Shown piece after piece: positions 1 through 7,671 of a stretch of DNA of 64,000 nucleotides (the stretch's first letter is position 1; the number at the start of each line of letters is the position of its first letter). Source of the stretch: an uncultured Acidobacteriota bacterium. GTDB taxonomy: Bacteria > Acidobacteriota > Vicinamibacteria > Vicinamibacterales > 2-12-FULL-66-21. The DNA lies in contig CAVRXL010000012.1 of NCBI GenBank assembly GCA_963725145.1, forward strand, positions 1,714,141 to 1,778,140, in the 5' to 3' direction. The notes under the pieces are model-generated. The model was given only the letters and a program-made list of their open reading frames with translations. It was not told the origin of the DNA and searched no databases. The position numbers and the translations under genes were made by a program.

Positions 1-320
1 GCTACACCGGTCCAGTAAAGATGCATGTTGATCGCCAGCGCAGTGGCGGGCGCGTGATAGCCGAGGCGGCGCTGCTCGCGAACGACATCCGCGAGCGAAA
101 GGCCTCGGCCTCCCAACTCGATCGGCACGGCGACGTTCAGGTAACCGGCCGCGCGCAGTTCTTCGAAATCTTCGGCGAAGAACGCGTTCTCGCGATCGTA
201 CTGGGGCGCCCGACTCGCGAAGCGCGTGAGCATCTCATCGGTCAGGAGGCTGCCGGAACGTGAATCCGGTCGGGCCGCCGACGCGGGCGCCGCGCCTGTC
301 ACTGCGCTGGTTGATGTCAT
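1..320 (-). CDS. acyl-CoA dehydrogenase family protein, N-terminal part only (3' end lies beyond the left edge)
   Basis: Not in the ORF track because no stop lies in the window. Hand translation of the reverse strand from ATG 320-318 gives MTSTSAVTGAAPASAARPDSRSGSLLTDEMLTRFASRAPQYDRENAFFAEDFEELRAAGYLNVAVPIELGGRGLSLADVVREQRRLGYHAPATALAINMHLYWTG. This reads like the N-terminal helical domain of acyl-CoA dehydrogenases (recall only). It starts 13 nt after the stop of the 334-921 gene on the same strand. Confidence 0.6.
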   Translation of the reverse strand, partial: MTSTSAVTGAAPASAARPDSRSGSLLTDEMLTRFASRAPQYDRENAFFAEDFEELRAAGYLNVAVPIELGGRGLSLADVVREQRRLGYHAPATALAINMHLYWTGV

Positions 321-333
321 TGCCGTCTCCTCA

Positions 334-921
334 TCAGTTCTGGCCGCTGAACGCCTCGCACGAGACCTTCGAGTGCCAGTTCACGAACATGCCGGTCGGG
401 TTGTCCTTCCACGCCCAGACGTGCAGGGTGTAGAAGTTCGGGAGCCCGAAGCGATTGGGGGCCTCGAACAGGTGCATGAGCTGTCCCCCGAGCTCCGGCG
501 GGCCGAGCGTGGGGTTGTTTGTGTGCCAGTCAGCCGCAAATATCAGAAAGTCGGCGCCGATGAGGCGCAGCCGGCCGTTCGGCTGCGGCTCGTAAATCAC
601 GATTTCGGGCTTTGCGGGATCCAGGATGCCGTCGCCCACCAGGTCCAGGTTCACGTAGTGCAGCCCCATCGCGCCCGAGTCTGGTCCACTGACGCAGCCG
701 AACAACAGATGGTAGCCCGCGCGCTCCGCCTCTTCGACGTCCCAGAACCGCGCGGTTGCCTCCTTTACGGTTTTGACAAAGGCGCCTGACTTATCACCGC
801 CCCCGTGATGTCCGGAGTGTGTGCGCGCCTCTTGCGCCCGAGCGCCTGACCCCACGCCGGTGAGAATGAGACCGCCGATAAGCGTACACGCAAGTTGCGT
901 CCCCAGTCGTCCGACCTTCAT
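334..921 (-). CDS. secreted hypothetical protein, paralogue A (signal peptide, conserved Cys pair)
   Basis: 195-aa ORF. N-terminus MKVGRLGTQLACTLIGGLILTGVGSGARAQ looks like a signal peptide. RBS GGAGG lies just upstream of the ATG. The C-terminal ~150 aa are very similar to the 1490-2089 product (shared strings HLLFGCVSGPDSGAMGLHYVNLDLV, HLFEAPNRFGLP, FYTLHVWAWKDNPTGMFVNWHSKVSCE). I recognise no family. Confidence 0.7.
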   Translation of the reverse strand: MKVGRLGTQLACTLIGGLILTGVGSGARAQEARTHSGHHGGGDKSGAFVKTVKEATARFWDVEEAERAGYHLLFGCVSGPDSGAMGLHYVNLDLVGDGILDPAKPEIVIYEPQPNGRLRLIGADFLIFAADWHTNNPTLGPPELGGQLMHLFEAPNRFGLPNFYTLHVWAWKDNPTGMFVNWHSKVSCEAFSGQN

Positions 922-1050
922 ACAGCCTCCTGACGCGAGACAGACGGGTATTCAGCACTTGGGGGGTGTCTGACCGCCGTCCGCCCGCTATGATCAGAAG
1001 CCGCAAACATCGGCGAAACGGCTCATGAGGCGGAATACCGGGCTAATTGC

Positions 1051-1287
1051 ATGACGCTCCTCACGATCGGCGTCGAGTGCTACGCAGGCCATCGGGGCGA
1101 GCAGACGCCGCGAATGCTGATTCTTGGAGACCGCCGCATTTCGGTCGAAGTTCTCGACGCGTGGCTCGCGCCCGACCACCGGTATTTCAAGCTGAAGACG
1201 GAGGACGGAGACACGTATCTCGTTCGTCACGATGACCGACGCGACACGTGGGAGTTGACGATGTTCCGCGCTGAACCACGGGGCTGA
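1051..1287 (+). CDS. small hypothetical protein (78 aa)
   Basis: ATG ORF: MTLLTIGVECYAGHRGEQTPRMLILGDRRISVEVLDAWLAPDHRYFKLKTEDGDTYLVRHDDRRDTWELTMF. The composition is protein-like rather than Arg/Pro-rich off-frame junk, and it lies between the two divergent paralogues. No obvious Shine-Dalgarno sequence. Function unknown. Confidence 0.45.
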   Translation: MTLLTIGVECYAGHRGEQTPRMLILGDRRISVEVLDAWLAPDHRYFKLKTEDGDTYLVRHDDRRDTWELTMFRAEPRG

Positions 1288-1325
1288 AGGATCCCCGCCG
1301 CCCCTCGGTCAAGGAACAGGCCACC

Positions 1326-1362
1326 ACAATCCCGGGAAAATCCCGGCCCAGTCCCGGGACTT
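1326..1362 (+). promoter_or_regulatory. triple direct repeat RTCCCGG at exact 11-bp phasing (copy 1), candidate winged-helix regulator operator
   Basis: ATCCCGG at 1329-1335 and 1340-1346, GTCCCGG at 1351-1357. The last unit is embedded in the perfect palindrome GTCCCGGGAC (1351-1360). 32/37 nt are identical to 4940-4976. The site lies 133 nt upstream of the 1490 ATG. Confidence 0.4.
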
Positions 1363-1489
1363 CAGTCCGACGCTAACCCTACTCTTGTGGCACGACGATC
1401 GGCGGAGGCCGCGCAGAATTGCTTGTCCCGCCGTAGCGCCAAGCGCGAAGGCGGACGGCCCCCGTTTTACGTCGCTTCAGGAGGTTTGT

Positions 1490-2089
1490 ATGAACGTCGG
1501 ACGAAAGGCTACCCAACTCGCGTGTTCTCTCGGCGTCGTCGTTCTCGCCGGTCTCGGGCCCGGCGCGCAGGCTCGCCAGACGAGCCTGCACGGTGAGCAT
1601 CACGGTCCGAGCTCGGGCCGCGATCAGGCGACCGGCCTGGTCAAAGTCGTCCGCGAGGCGACCGAACGCTTCAAGGATGTCTCGGTGGCGGAGAAGGAGA
1701 ACTACCATCTGCTGTTCGGCTGCGTCAGCGGCCCGGACTCGGGCGCGATGGGGCTGCACTACGTGAACCTGGACCTGGTGTTCGACGGCGTCGTCGACCC
1801 GACGCGCCCCGAGATCGTGATTTACGAACCGTTGCCGAACGGGCGTCTGCGTCTCATCGGTGCCGACTATCTGATTCCCGCGGAGGCCTGGCACACGAAC
1901 AACCCGACCGCCATGGGCGCGCCGGAGCTCATGGGACAGATCATGCACCTGTTCGAAGCTCCCAATCGCTTCGGGCTGCCGACCTTCTACACGCTGCACG
2001 TCTGGGCGTGGAAGGACAACCCGACCGGCATGTTCGTGAATTGGCACTCCAAGGTGTCGTGCGAGAATTTCCCGGGCCAGAATCAGTGA
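1490..2089 (+). CDS. secreted hypothetical protein, paralogue B
   Basis: Internal ATG at 1490 of ORF 1385-2089, preceded by CAGGAGG (1478-1484). MNVGRKATQLACSLGVVVLAGLGPGAQA is signal-peptide-like. Paralogous to the 334-921 product. Confidence 0.7.
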   Translation: MNVGRKATQLACSLGVVVLAGLGPGAQARQTSLHGEHHGPSSGRDQATGLVKVVREATERFKDVSVAEKENYHLLFGCVSGPDSGAMGLHYVNLDLVFDGVVDPTRPEIVIYEPLPNGRLRLIGADYLIPAEAWHTNNPTAMGAPELMGQIMHLFEAPNRFGLPTFYTLHVWAWKDNPTGMFVNWHSKVSCENFPGQNQ

Positions 2090-2156
2090 CTCGACTTTCG
2101 CGATCTGAAGTAGTCCGGCTGGTTCGGGTTCTGCTCGAAGTCGGTTCCGGGCCGAC

Positions 2157-3266
2157 TCAGGGCGCGCCCGAAACCAGTCGTCCGCGGTCGACGAGTGGCG
2201 CCCCCCCGGCGATCACCGTCGCGTCCGGGAAGAAGAGCCAGCGGACGCCGCCACCGCGGACCGAGCCCCCCAGCTCGTTGTTGTCGCCGAGGCTCATGCG
2301 CACGACGCCGGCGCCGTAGCCGTAGTACGGCAGCGCCTGTTCGCCCGCCGGGATCGTAAGCTTGGGGTTGAAGCCGAGCGCGAACTCGCGGAAACGGCTG
2401 GCGCCCGGTTCCGACGCAAGGAACGCCTTCACGGCGTCCGCACCGGTCGCGGCAGAAGACTCGACCGCGACGCCATCGCGGAAGACGAGACGCACATCGG
2501 TCGCGCGGACGGCGCCGAACCGCGCGGCCGGCAGAACGAGCACGCCGTTCACGCTGTTTTCGATCGGGGCGACGCGCATGACGCCCGCGGGAAGCTCGGT
2601 ATGGCGGTCGATGCGGATCCGTCCCTTCCGGGCGTTCGCCTTCGACGCGTCGCCGGTCTGGCGGTTGAACGGACGATCGCCAATCTGAAACCTGATGTCG
2701 GTGCCGGCGGGCGTCGTCACCCGCACCTCGCCCGCACGCAGCCGGGCGATCGCCGCGTCCATCTTCGCCGCCATTGCGGCGTAGTCGATGTCGAGCGCGT
2801 CGAGATACACACGATCGTACGCGGGCCGATGCGGTACCGGCAGGCCGTCGGCGTCACGAGTGCCGTCGACCCAGTGGAAGTGCAGCTCACGACGATCCTG
2901 GCGCCCGTCGAGCCACTGCACGAGCGCCGCCGACTGGTCTGGCGGCGTCCCGGCCGACGGGCCCGCCGGCAGCCAGACGTAGATATCCGTCGTCGACAGC
3001 CGGCGCGAGAAATCGTCCAAGGGGCCGAACGCGTGGGACTCCACCTCGGCGCCCGCGGCGCGAAGCTGTTTCGCAACCTCCGGTTCCAGCTCGCGCATCG
3101 TCTGCGGATCGAACCGGAGCATCACGCGCTCGCCGCGCTCGACCTGAAGCGCCATCACGATCCGGCGAGCCATGTCGGGCCAGGGGAAGCTTGTCTGCGC
3201 CGCCAGGACGGTGCCGGCAGCGAGGATCGACATCACCACGAGAGGGACGTTCCGCACGCGGTTCAT
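2157..3266 (-). CDS. secreted aminopeptidase-like protein (M29/AmpS-like by recall)
   Basis: 369-aa ORF with N-terminal signal-like segment VPLVVMSILAAGTVLAAQ. The C-terminal FALGFNPKL...YGYGAGVVRMSLGDNNELGGSVRGG resembles the M29 aminopeptidase core, but the family assignment is tentative. Its ATG (3266) overlaps the upstream regulator stop in an ATGA arrangement. Confidence 0.5.
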   Translation of the reverse strand: MNRVRNVPLVVMSILAAGTVLAAQTSFPWPDMARRIVMALQVERGERVMLRFDPQTMRELEPEVAKQLRAAGAEVESHAFGPLDDFSRRLSTTDIYVWLPAGPSAGTPPDQSAALVQWLDGRQDRRELHFHWVDGTRDADGLPVPHRPAYDRVYLDALDIDYAAMAAKMDAAIARLRAGEVRVTTPAGTDIRFQIGDRPFNRQTGDASKANARKGRIRIDRHTELPAGVMRVAPIENSVNGVLVLPAARFGAVRATDVRLVFRDGVAVESSAATGADAVKAFLASEPGASRFREFALGFNPKLTIPAGEQALPYYGYGAGVVRMSLGDNNELGGSVRGGGVRWLFFPDATVIAGGAPLVDRGRLVSGAP

Positions 3267-4903
3267 TTGAGCCTGGCTATGACCTTTTTGAACCGCGGGT
3301 CGTCACGCAGGCTGTCGTAGTCCGGATCGTGCTCGATCCAATCACGCTTGCACCAGCCTCGCGCGAACAGGCGCTCGATGATGTCGAGCGCTTGTTCCTT
3401 CTGACCCAGCCTCGCATGGAGGCAGGCGGCGTTGATCATAGCGCTCATGTCATCCGGATAGAGCTCGAGCGCTCGTTGAGACCACTCCATGGCACGCGCC
3501 TTCTGCCCGTCGAAATACAGCGCCAGGGAGCCGAGTGAGAGAGCCCGTCCGTCGAGGGGATTCAGCACGAGCATGCTCTCGGCCCGCCGGATGCCTTCAC
3601 GGCAGGCTTCGGTCGCCTGCTTCTCCCGGCGGAGCATGCGCAGCGATTGCGCAAGCAACATCGGGCTTTGGAAATCCTCGTGGCGAACCTCCGCCGCCTT
3701 CTGAAAGAGCTCGGCCGATCGCTCGATGTCACCGGCCGCGAAGCAGGATCGTGCAAAGTAGTAGTACGCCTCGAAGACGTTGGGATTGAGACGAATCGCT
3801 CCCTCGAATTCCTTCGCGGCCTCGTCGTACCGTCCCGACAGCGACAGCACGAAGCCTCGCGCCACGTGCGCCAGGGCAAGATCCGGCGCCAGTTCGAGCG
3901 CCTTTTCGCTGCTCCGCTTTGCCCTCACGAGGTCGTCGTCCTTGCTGCCGAACCACTCGTACAGAGTGCCGTGCACCGCGGCCAGACAGGACCATGCCGG
4001 GGCGTAACCCGCGTCCAGCTCGATCGCGCGCTCGAACATGTCGCGGCAGATCTCCAGGTCCGGCTGTGTCATGCGTGGAAGGTGCTGCCGGCCGCGCAGG
4101 TAGTACTCGTAGGCCGCCGTCCCGGTTTGCGGCCGCTGCAACGCCTGCTTCTCGCGCCGGCTGAGGACGCTTCCCCGCAGGGAGGTCGCGACCGACTCCG
4201 CAATCTCGTCCTCGATCGCAAACACGTCGTCCAGCTTGCGATCGAAACGCTGCGACCACCGGTGGTAGCCGCTGGCGACCTCGATGAGCTGTACCGTCAC
4301 ACGCAGGCGATCGTCCGCTTTTCGAACGCTCCCCTCGAGCAGCGTCCCGACCGCGAGCTGGCGGCCGATCTCGCGAACGTCCGCGCCGGCGCTGCGAAAC
4401 TGAAAGGAAGCGGTCCGGGCCGCGACCCGAAGACCATCCACGTGCGTAAGGGCGTTGATCAGTTCCTCCGCGAGACCTTCACAGAGGTAATCCTGGTCAC
4501 GACCAGGGCTCATATCCGCGAACGGAAGGACGGCGATGGCGGAAATGTCGGGCGTTGGCGCCGGCAACTCGGCAACGTCGTCGGCCGCCGGCTCGGAGAG
4601 CCGGGCGACGAATCGATACCCGCGGCGATGCCTGGTCTCGATAAAGCGCGGCTGCTTCGCGTCATCCTCGAGCGCCCGGCGCAGCTCCTGGATGCAGGAG
4701 GTGAGGGCGTCGTCGCTGACGACGGTGTCTTTCCAGACCGACGCGAACAGGTCCTCCTTTGAAACCGGCTGTCCGGCGCGCGTCACGAGCTCTTTCAGCA
4801 CCGCACTCGCCTTCAGCGTCAGGCGGACCTCCCGCGTGCCGGACCAGAGACGCCCGGTTTCGACGTCGAACCGATAACCGCCGAAGCTCAACCCCTGCTC
4901 CAT
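3263..4903 (-). CDS. OmpR/CadC-type winged-helix DNA-binding protein with TolB-N-like and TPR domains
   Basis: N-terminus YRFDVETGRLWSGTREVRLTLKASAVLKELVTRAGQPVSKEDLFASVWKDTVVSDDALTSCIQELRRALEDDAKQPRFIETRHRRGYRFVA is a trans_reg_C domain. It is followed by IAVLPFADMS...YLCEGLAEELINAL and a long TPR-like C-terminus. Confidence 0.8.
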   Translation of the reverse strand: MEQGLSFGGYRFDVETGRLWSGTREVRLTLKASAVLKELVTRAGQPVSKEDLFASVWKDTVVSDDALTSCIQELRRALEDDAKQPRFIETRHRRGYRFVARLSEPAADDVAELPAPTPDISAIAVLPFADMSPGRDQDYLCEGLAEELINALTHVDGLRVAARTASFQFRSAGADVREIGRQLAVGTLLEGSVRKADDRLRVTVQLIEVASGYHRWSQRFDRKLDDVFAIEDEIAESVATSLRGSVLSRREKQALQRPQTGTAAYEYYLRGRQHLPRMTQPDLEICRDMFERAIELDAGYAPAWSCLAAVHGTLYEWFGSKDDDLVRAKRSSEKALELAPDLALAHVARGFVLSLSGRYDEAAKEFEGAIRLNPNVFEAYYYFARSCFAAGDIERSAELFQKAAEVRHEDFQSPMLLAQSLRMLRREKQATEACREGIRRAESMLVLNPLDGRALSLGSLALYFDGQKARAMEWSQRALELYPDDMSAMINAACLHARLGQKEQALDIIERLFARGWCKRDWIEHDPDYDSLRDDPRFKKVIARLK

Positions 4904-4939
4904 CGGCTCCTTCAGGCGCTCCTTTCAGGCAGGGCCATG

Positions 4940-4976
4940 ACAATCCCGGCGAAATCCCGGCGCGGTCCCGGGACTC
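4940..4976 (+). promoter_or_regulatory. triple direct repeat RTCCCGG at exact 11-bp phasing (copy 2), in the divergent regulator/methyltransferase intergenic region
   Basis: ATCCCGG at 4943-4949 and 4954-4960, GTCCCGG at 4965-4971, plus the palindrome GTCCCGGGAC (4965-4974). The site is 40 nt from the regulator ATG (4903, minus strand) and 113 nt upstream of the 5084 ATG. Confidence 0.4.
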
Positions 4977-5083
4977 GGGACCCTGTCGCCCCGTATCGTT
5001 TTGACATAACGAGGGGGCGGAGGCAACCGGGATTGCCGCCTCCCCGGGACGGCCCCAGCTGGAGAGAGACGAGGCGAGAAAAG

Positions 5084-5848
5084 ATGACCCGTATTCTAAC
5101 GTTGGCGTACGGCGCCGTGAGCTACGTGACATTCTTCGTGACTTTTCTGTATGCGATTGGATTCCTGGGGAACCTCGGCGTCCCAAAGTCCCTGGATTCG
5201 CCGGCGACCGATCCCTGGCAGACGGCGCTGGCCATCAACCTCGGGTTGCTCTCACTGTTCGCGGTGCAGCACAGCGTGATGGCGCGGCCGGCGTTCAAGC
5301 GCCTCGTGACCAGGGTCATTCCGCCCGCCGTGGAGAGAAGCACGTATGTGCTGGCCAGCAGCCTGGCGCTCATCCTGTTGTTCTGGCAATGGCGGCCACT
5401 CGGTGGGGTCGTCTGGGACGTCCAGAACGAGATTGGCCGTCTGGTGCTGCACGGCGGGTTCGCGTTCGGATGGGGATTGGTCCTGCTCTCCACCTTCGTG
5501 ATCAACCACTTCGACCTCTTCGGTCTGCGGCAGACGTGGAGGGCCTTCCGGGGCCAGCCGCAGGCAGGGCTGCGGTTCGCGACGCCGGTCCTCTACCGCA
5601 TCGTTCGTCATCCGCTCTACGTGGGCTGGCTCTTCGCGTTCTGGAGCACGCCGACCATGACGGTGACGCATTTGCTCTTCGCCGCCGTGACCACAGCCTA
5701 TATATTGATAGCGATCCAGCTCGAAGAACGCGATCTGATGGCCGCGCATCCGGAGTACGCTGGGTATCGCCAGCAGGTGCCCATGCTCGTTCCGGGCCTG
5801 CCGCGGCACGTCGCAGCCACGCACGCGGTCCGCACGGAACGCGCATAG
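5084..5848 (+). CDS. membrane methyltransferase of the isoprenylcysteine carboxyl methyltransferase superfamily (MddA-like)
   Basis: Internal ATG at 5084 after GAGG-rich sequence. MTRILTLAYGAVSYVTFFVTFLYAIGFLGNLGVPKSLD..., multiple TM helices, and C-terminal VRHPLYVGWLFAFW...IQLEERDL are typical of ICMT/PEMT-like enzymes. The MddA-like label is from recall. Confidence 0.6.
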   Translation: MTRILTLAYGAVSYVTFFVTFLYAIGFLGNLGVPKSLDSPATDPWQTALAINLGLLSLFAVQHSVMARPAFKRLVTRVIPPAVERSTYVLASSLALILLFWQWRPLGGVVWDVQNEIGRLVLHGGFAFGWGLVLLSTFVINHFDLFGLRQTWRAFRGQPQAGLRFATPVLYRIVRHPLYVGWLFAFWSTPTMTVTHLLFAAVTTAYILIAIQLEERDLMAAHPEYAGYRQQVPMLVPGLPRHVAATHAVRTERA

Positions 5849-5863
5849 TCCGGGAAACGCACA

Positions 5864-6259
5864 ATGGAGCGAACGTCCGACGCCGCCGCGCCAACGAGGA
5901 TGATCTACCTGGGCCTCGGCTGGTGTGCGGTCGCCCTGGCCCTCGCCGGGGTCATGCTGCCGGGCCTCCCGACGACGGTCTTCGTTCTCGCGGCGTCGTA
6001 TTGCTTCTCGCGGAGCTCACCGCGTTTCGAGCGATGGCTCCGCGAGAACCCCTGGCTCGGTCCACGCCTCGAGCGGGTCGCGCGGGCCGACGGCATGCCG
6101 CCGGCAGCCAAGCGCGCCGCGCTGACGGCGATGTGGATCGCCGTCCTGCTGTCGTCCGCGCTGCTTATCCGCGTGCATTGGGCGGCCGCCGCTGGAACTG
6201 TCGCGCTGGGGGTCGTAGGAACGCTTTCGATCTTATTTGCAGTGCGGACAGCCTCATAG
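5864..6259 (+). CDS. DUF454 (YbaN-like) inner-membrane protein
   Basis: 131 aa. LGLGWCAVALALAGVMLPGLPTTVFVLAASYCFSRSSPRFERWL is the characteristic DUF454 N-terminal motif. Confidence 0.7.
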   Translation: MERTSDAAAPTRMIYLGLGWCAVALALAGVMLPGLPTTVFVLAASYCFSRSSPRFERWLRENPWLGPRLERVARADGMPPAAKRAALTAMWIAVLLSSALLIRVHWAAAAGTVALGVVGTLSILFAVRTAS

Positions 6260-6287
6260 TCCGACTCTCTCTCGGAGCCAGGCGAAC

Positions 6288-7649
6288 ATGACGATCTCAG
6301 CCGACGGTCTAAGAGACTTCCATCAAAAACACCGTGGCGACCTCATCACATCCGAGGACCCGCGGTACGGAGAGGCGCGTCGTGTGTGGAACGCGATGAT
6401 TGACAAGCGTCCGGGCGTCATCGCGCGCCCGCGCGCCGCGGCCGACGTGATCGCGTGCCTCGAGTTCGCGCAACGGCATGAACTGCCCCTCGCGATTCGC
6501 GGCGGGGGCCACAACGTGGCGGGCCGCTCGGTGTGTGACGATGGGCTCGTGATCGATTTCGCCGACATGAAAGGCATTCGAGTGGACCCGGTGGCGAAGA
6601 CGGTGCGCGCCGAGCCCGGGCTGCGGTGGACGGAGTTCGACCGCGAGACCCAGGCGTTCGGCCTCGCGACCACGGGCGGGACCATCGGCGACACCGGCAT
6701 CGCCGGCTTGACCCTCGGCGGCGGCTTCGGATGGCTCGAAGGCAAGTTCGGGATGACCGTCGACAACCTGCTCGGCGCGGACGTCGTCCTGGCGGATGGG
6801 CGCCTCGTGCACGCCAGCAGCACCGAAAACAGCGATCTGTTCTGGGCGCTCCGCGGCGGCGGGGGCAATTTCGGCGTCGTCACGTCCTTCGAGTACCGCC
6901 TGCACGACGTTGGCCCGATGATCATCGGCGGACTCGTCGTCCATCCCTTCTCGCGCGCGAAGGAGACGCTGAAGTTCTTCGACGAGTTCCTCCGAACGGC
7001 ACCCGACGAGCTCGTTGCGGCGGCGGTGCTGATGACCGGACCCGACGGCCAGAAGGCCTGCGGCATCGCGGCCGCGTATCCAGGCGACCTGGCGCAGGGC
7101 GAGCGGATCGTCGCGCCCATCAAGCAGTTCGGCCCCCCGGTCATGGACGTCATGGGACCGATGCCCTACCTCGCGCAACAATCGCTGATCGACGCGGCCA
7201 TGCCGCCGAACGTCCTCAACTACTGGAAGGCGGAGTTCCTGCGCCGTGTTTCCGACGACGCGATCGACGTGACGGTGGACGCGTTCAGCCGCGTGGCCTC
7301 GCCGATGTCCTCGATTCTCTTCTTTCCCATCCGCGGCGCCGCGAGCCGCGTGCCGACGGACGCGACCGCGTTCCCTCACCGCGACGGGTATCACCTCGGG
7401 ATCTACTCGCTGTGGACGGATCGAGCGCAGAACGACGCGAACGTCGCGTGGGTCCGGGAGACGTGGACCGCGGTTCAGCCGTTCGTCGCGGGCGCCGTGT
7501 ACGTCAATGAGCTCGGAGAGGACGATGGCGCGGATCGCGTGCGGATGGCGTACGGTCTGAACTACGATCGGCTGCAGCGGATCAAGGCGAAGTACGACCC
7601 GGACAATCTGTTCTGCTTCAACGCGAATATCGCGCCGGTAGCCGTCTAG
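6288..7649 (+). CDS. FAD-binding oxidoreductase (VAO/berberine-bridge-enzyme-like)
   Basis: ATG 6288 after GGAG. PLAIRGGGHNVAGRSVCDDGLVIDF, TGIAGLTLGGGFGWL and C-terminal YVNELGED...NYDRLQRIKAKYDPDNLFCFNANI (BBE-like tail). Confidence 0.85.
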   Translation: MTISADGLRDFHQKHRGDLITSEDPRYGEARRVWNAMIDKRPGVIARPRAAADVIACLEFAQRHELPLAIRGGGHNVAGRSVCDDGLVIDFADMKGIRVDPVAKTVRAEPGLRWTEFDRETQAFGLATTGGTIGDTGIAGLTLGGGFGWLEGKFGMTVDNLLGADVVLADGRLVHASSTENSDLFWALRGGGGNFGVVTSFEYRLHDVGPMIIGGLVVHPFSRAKETLKFFDEFLRTAPDELVAAAVLMTGPDGQKACGIAAAYPGDLAQGERIVAPIKQFGPPVMDVMGPMPYLAQQSLIDAAMPPNVLNYWKAEFLRRVSDDAIDVTVDAFSRVASPMSSILFFPIRGAASRVPTDATAFPHRDGYHLGIYSLWTDRAQNDANVAWVRETWTAVQPFVAGAVYVNELGEDDGADRVRMAYGLNYDRLQRIKAKYDPDNLFCFNANIAPVAV

Positions 7650-7671
7650 CGGACCCGCGGCTGGCTTGCAC

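Noticed and set aside
4937-5083. N-terminal 49-aa extension of the methyltransferase ORF (ATG 4937)
   Set aside because: The extension is Arg/Pro-rich, overlaps the phased operator repeat, and lacks a ribosome-binding site. ATG 5084 follows a GAGG-rich stretch and begins the hydrophobic N-terminus typical of the family.
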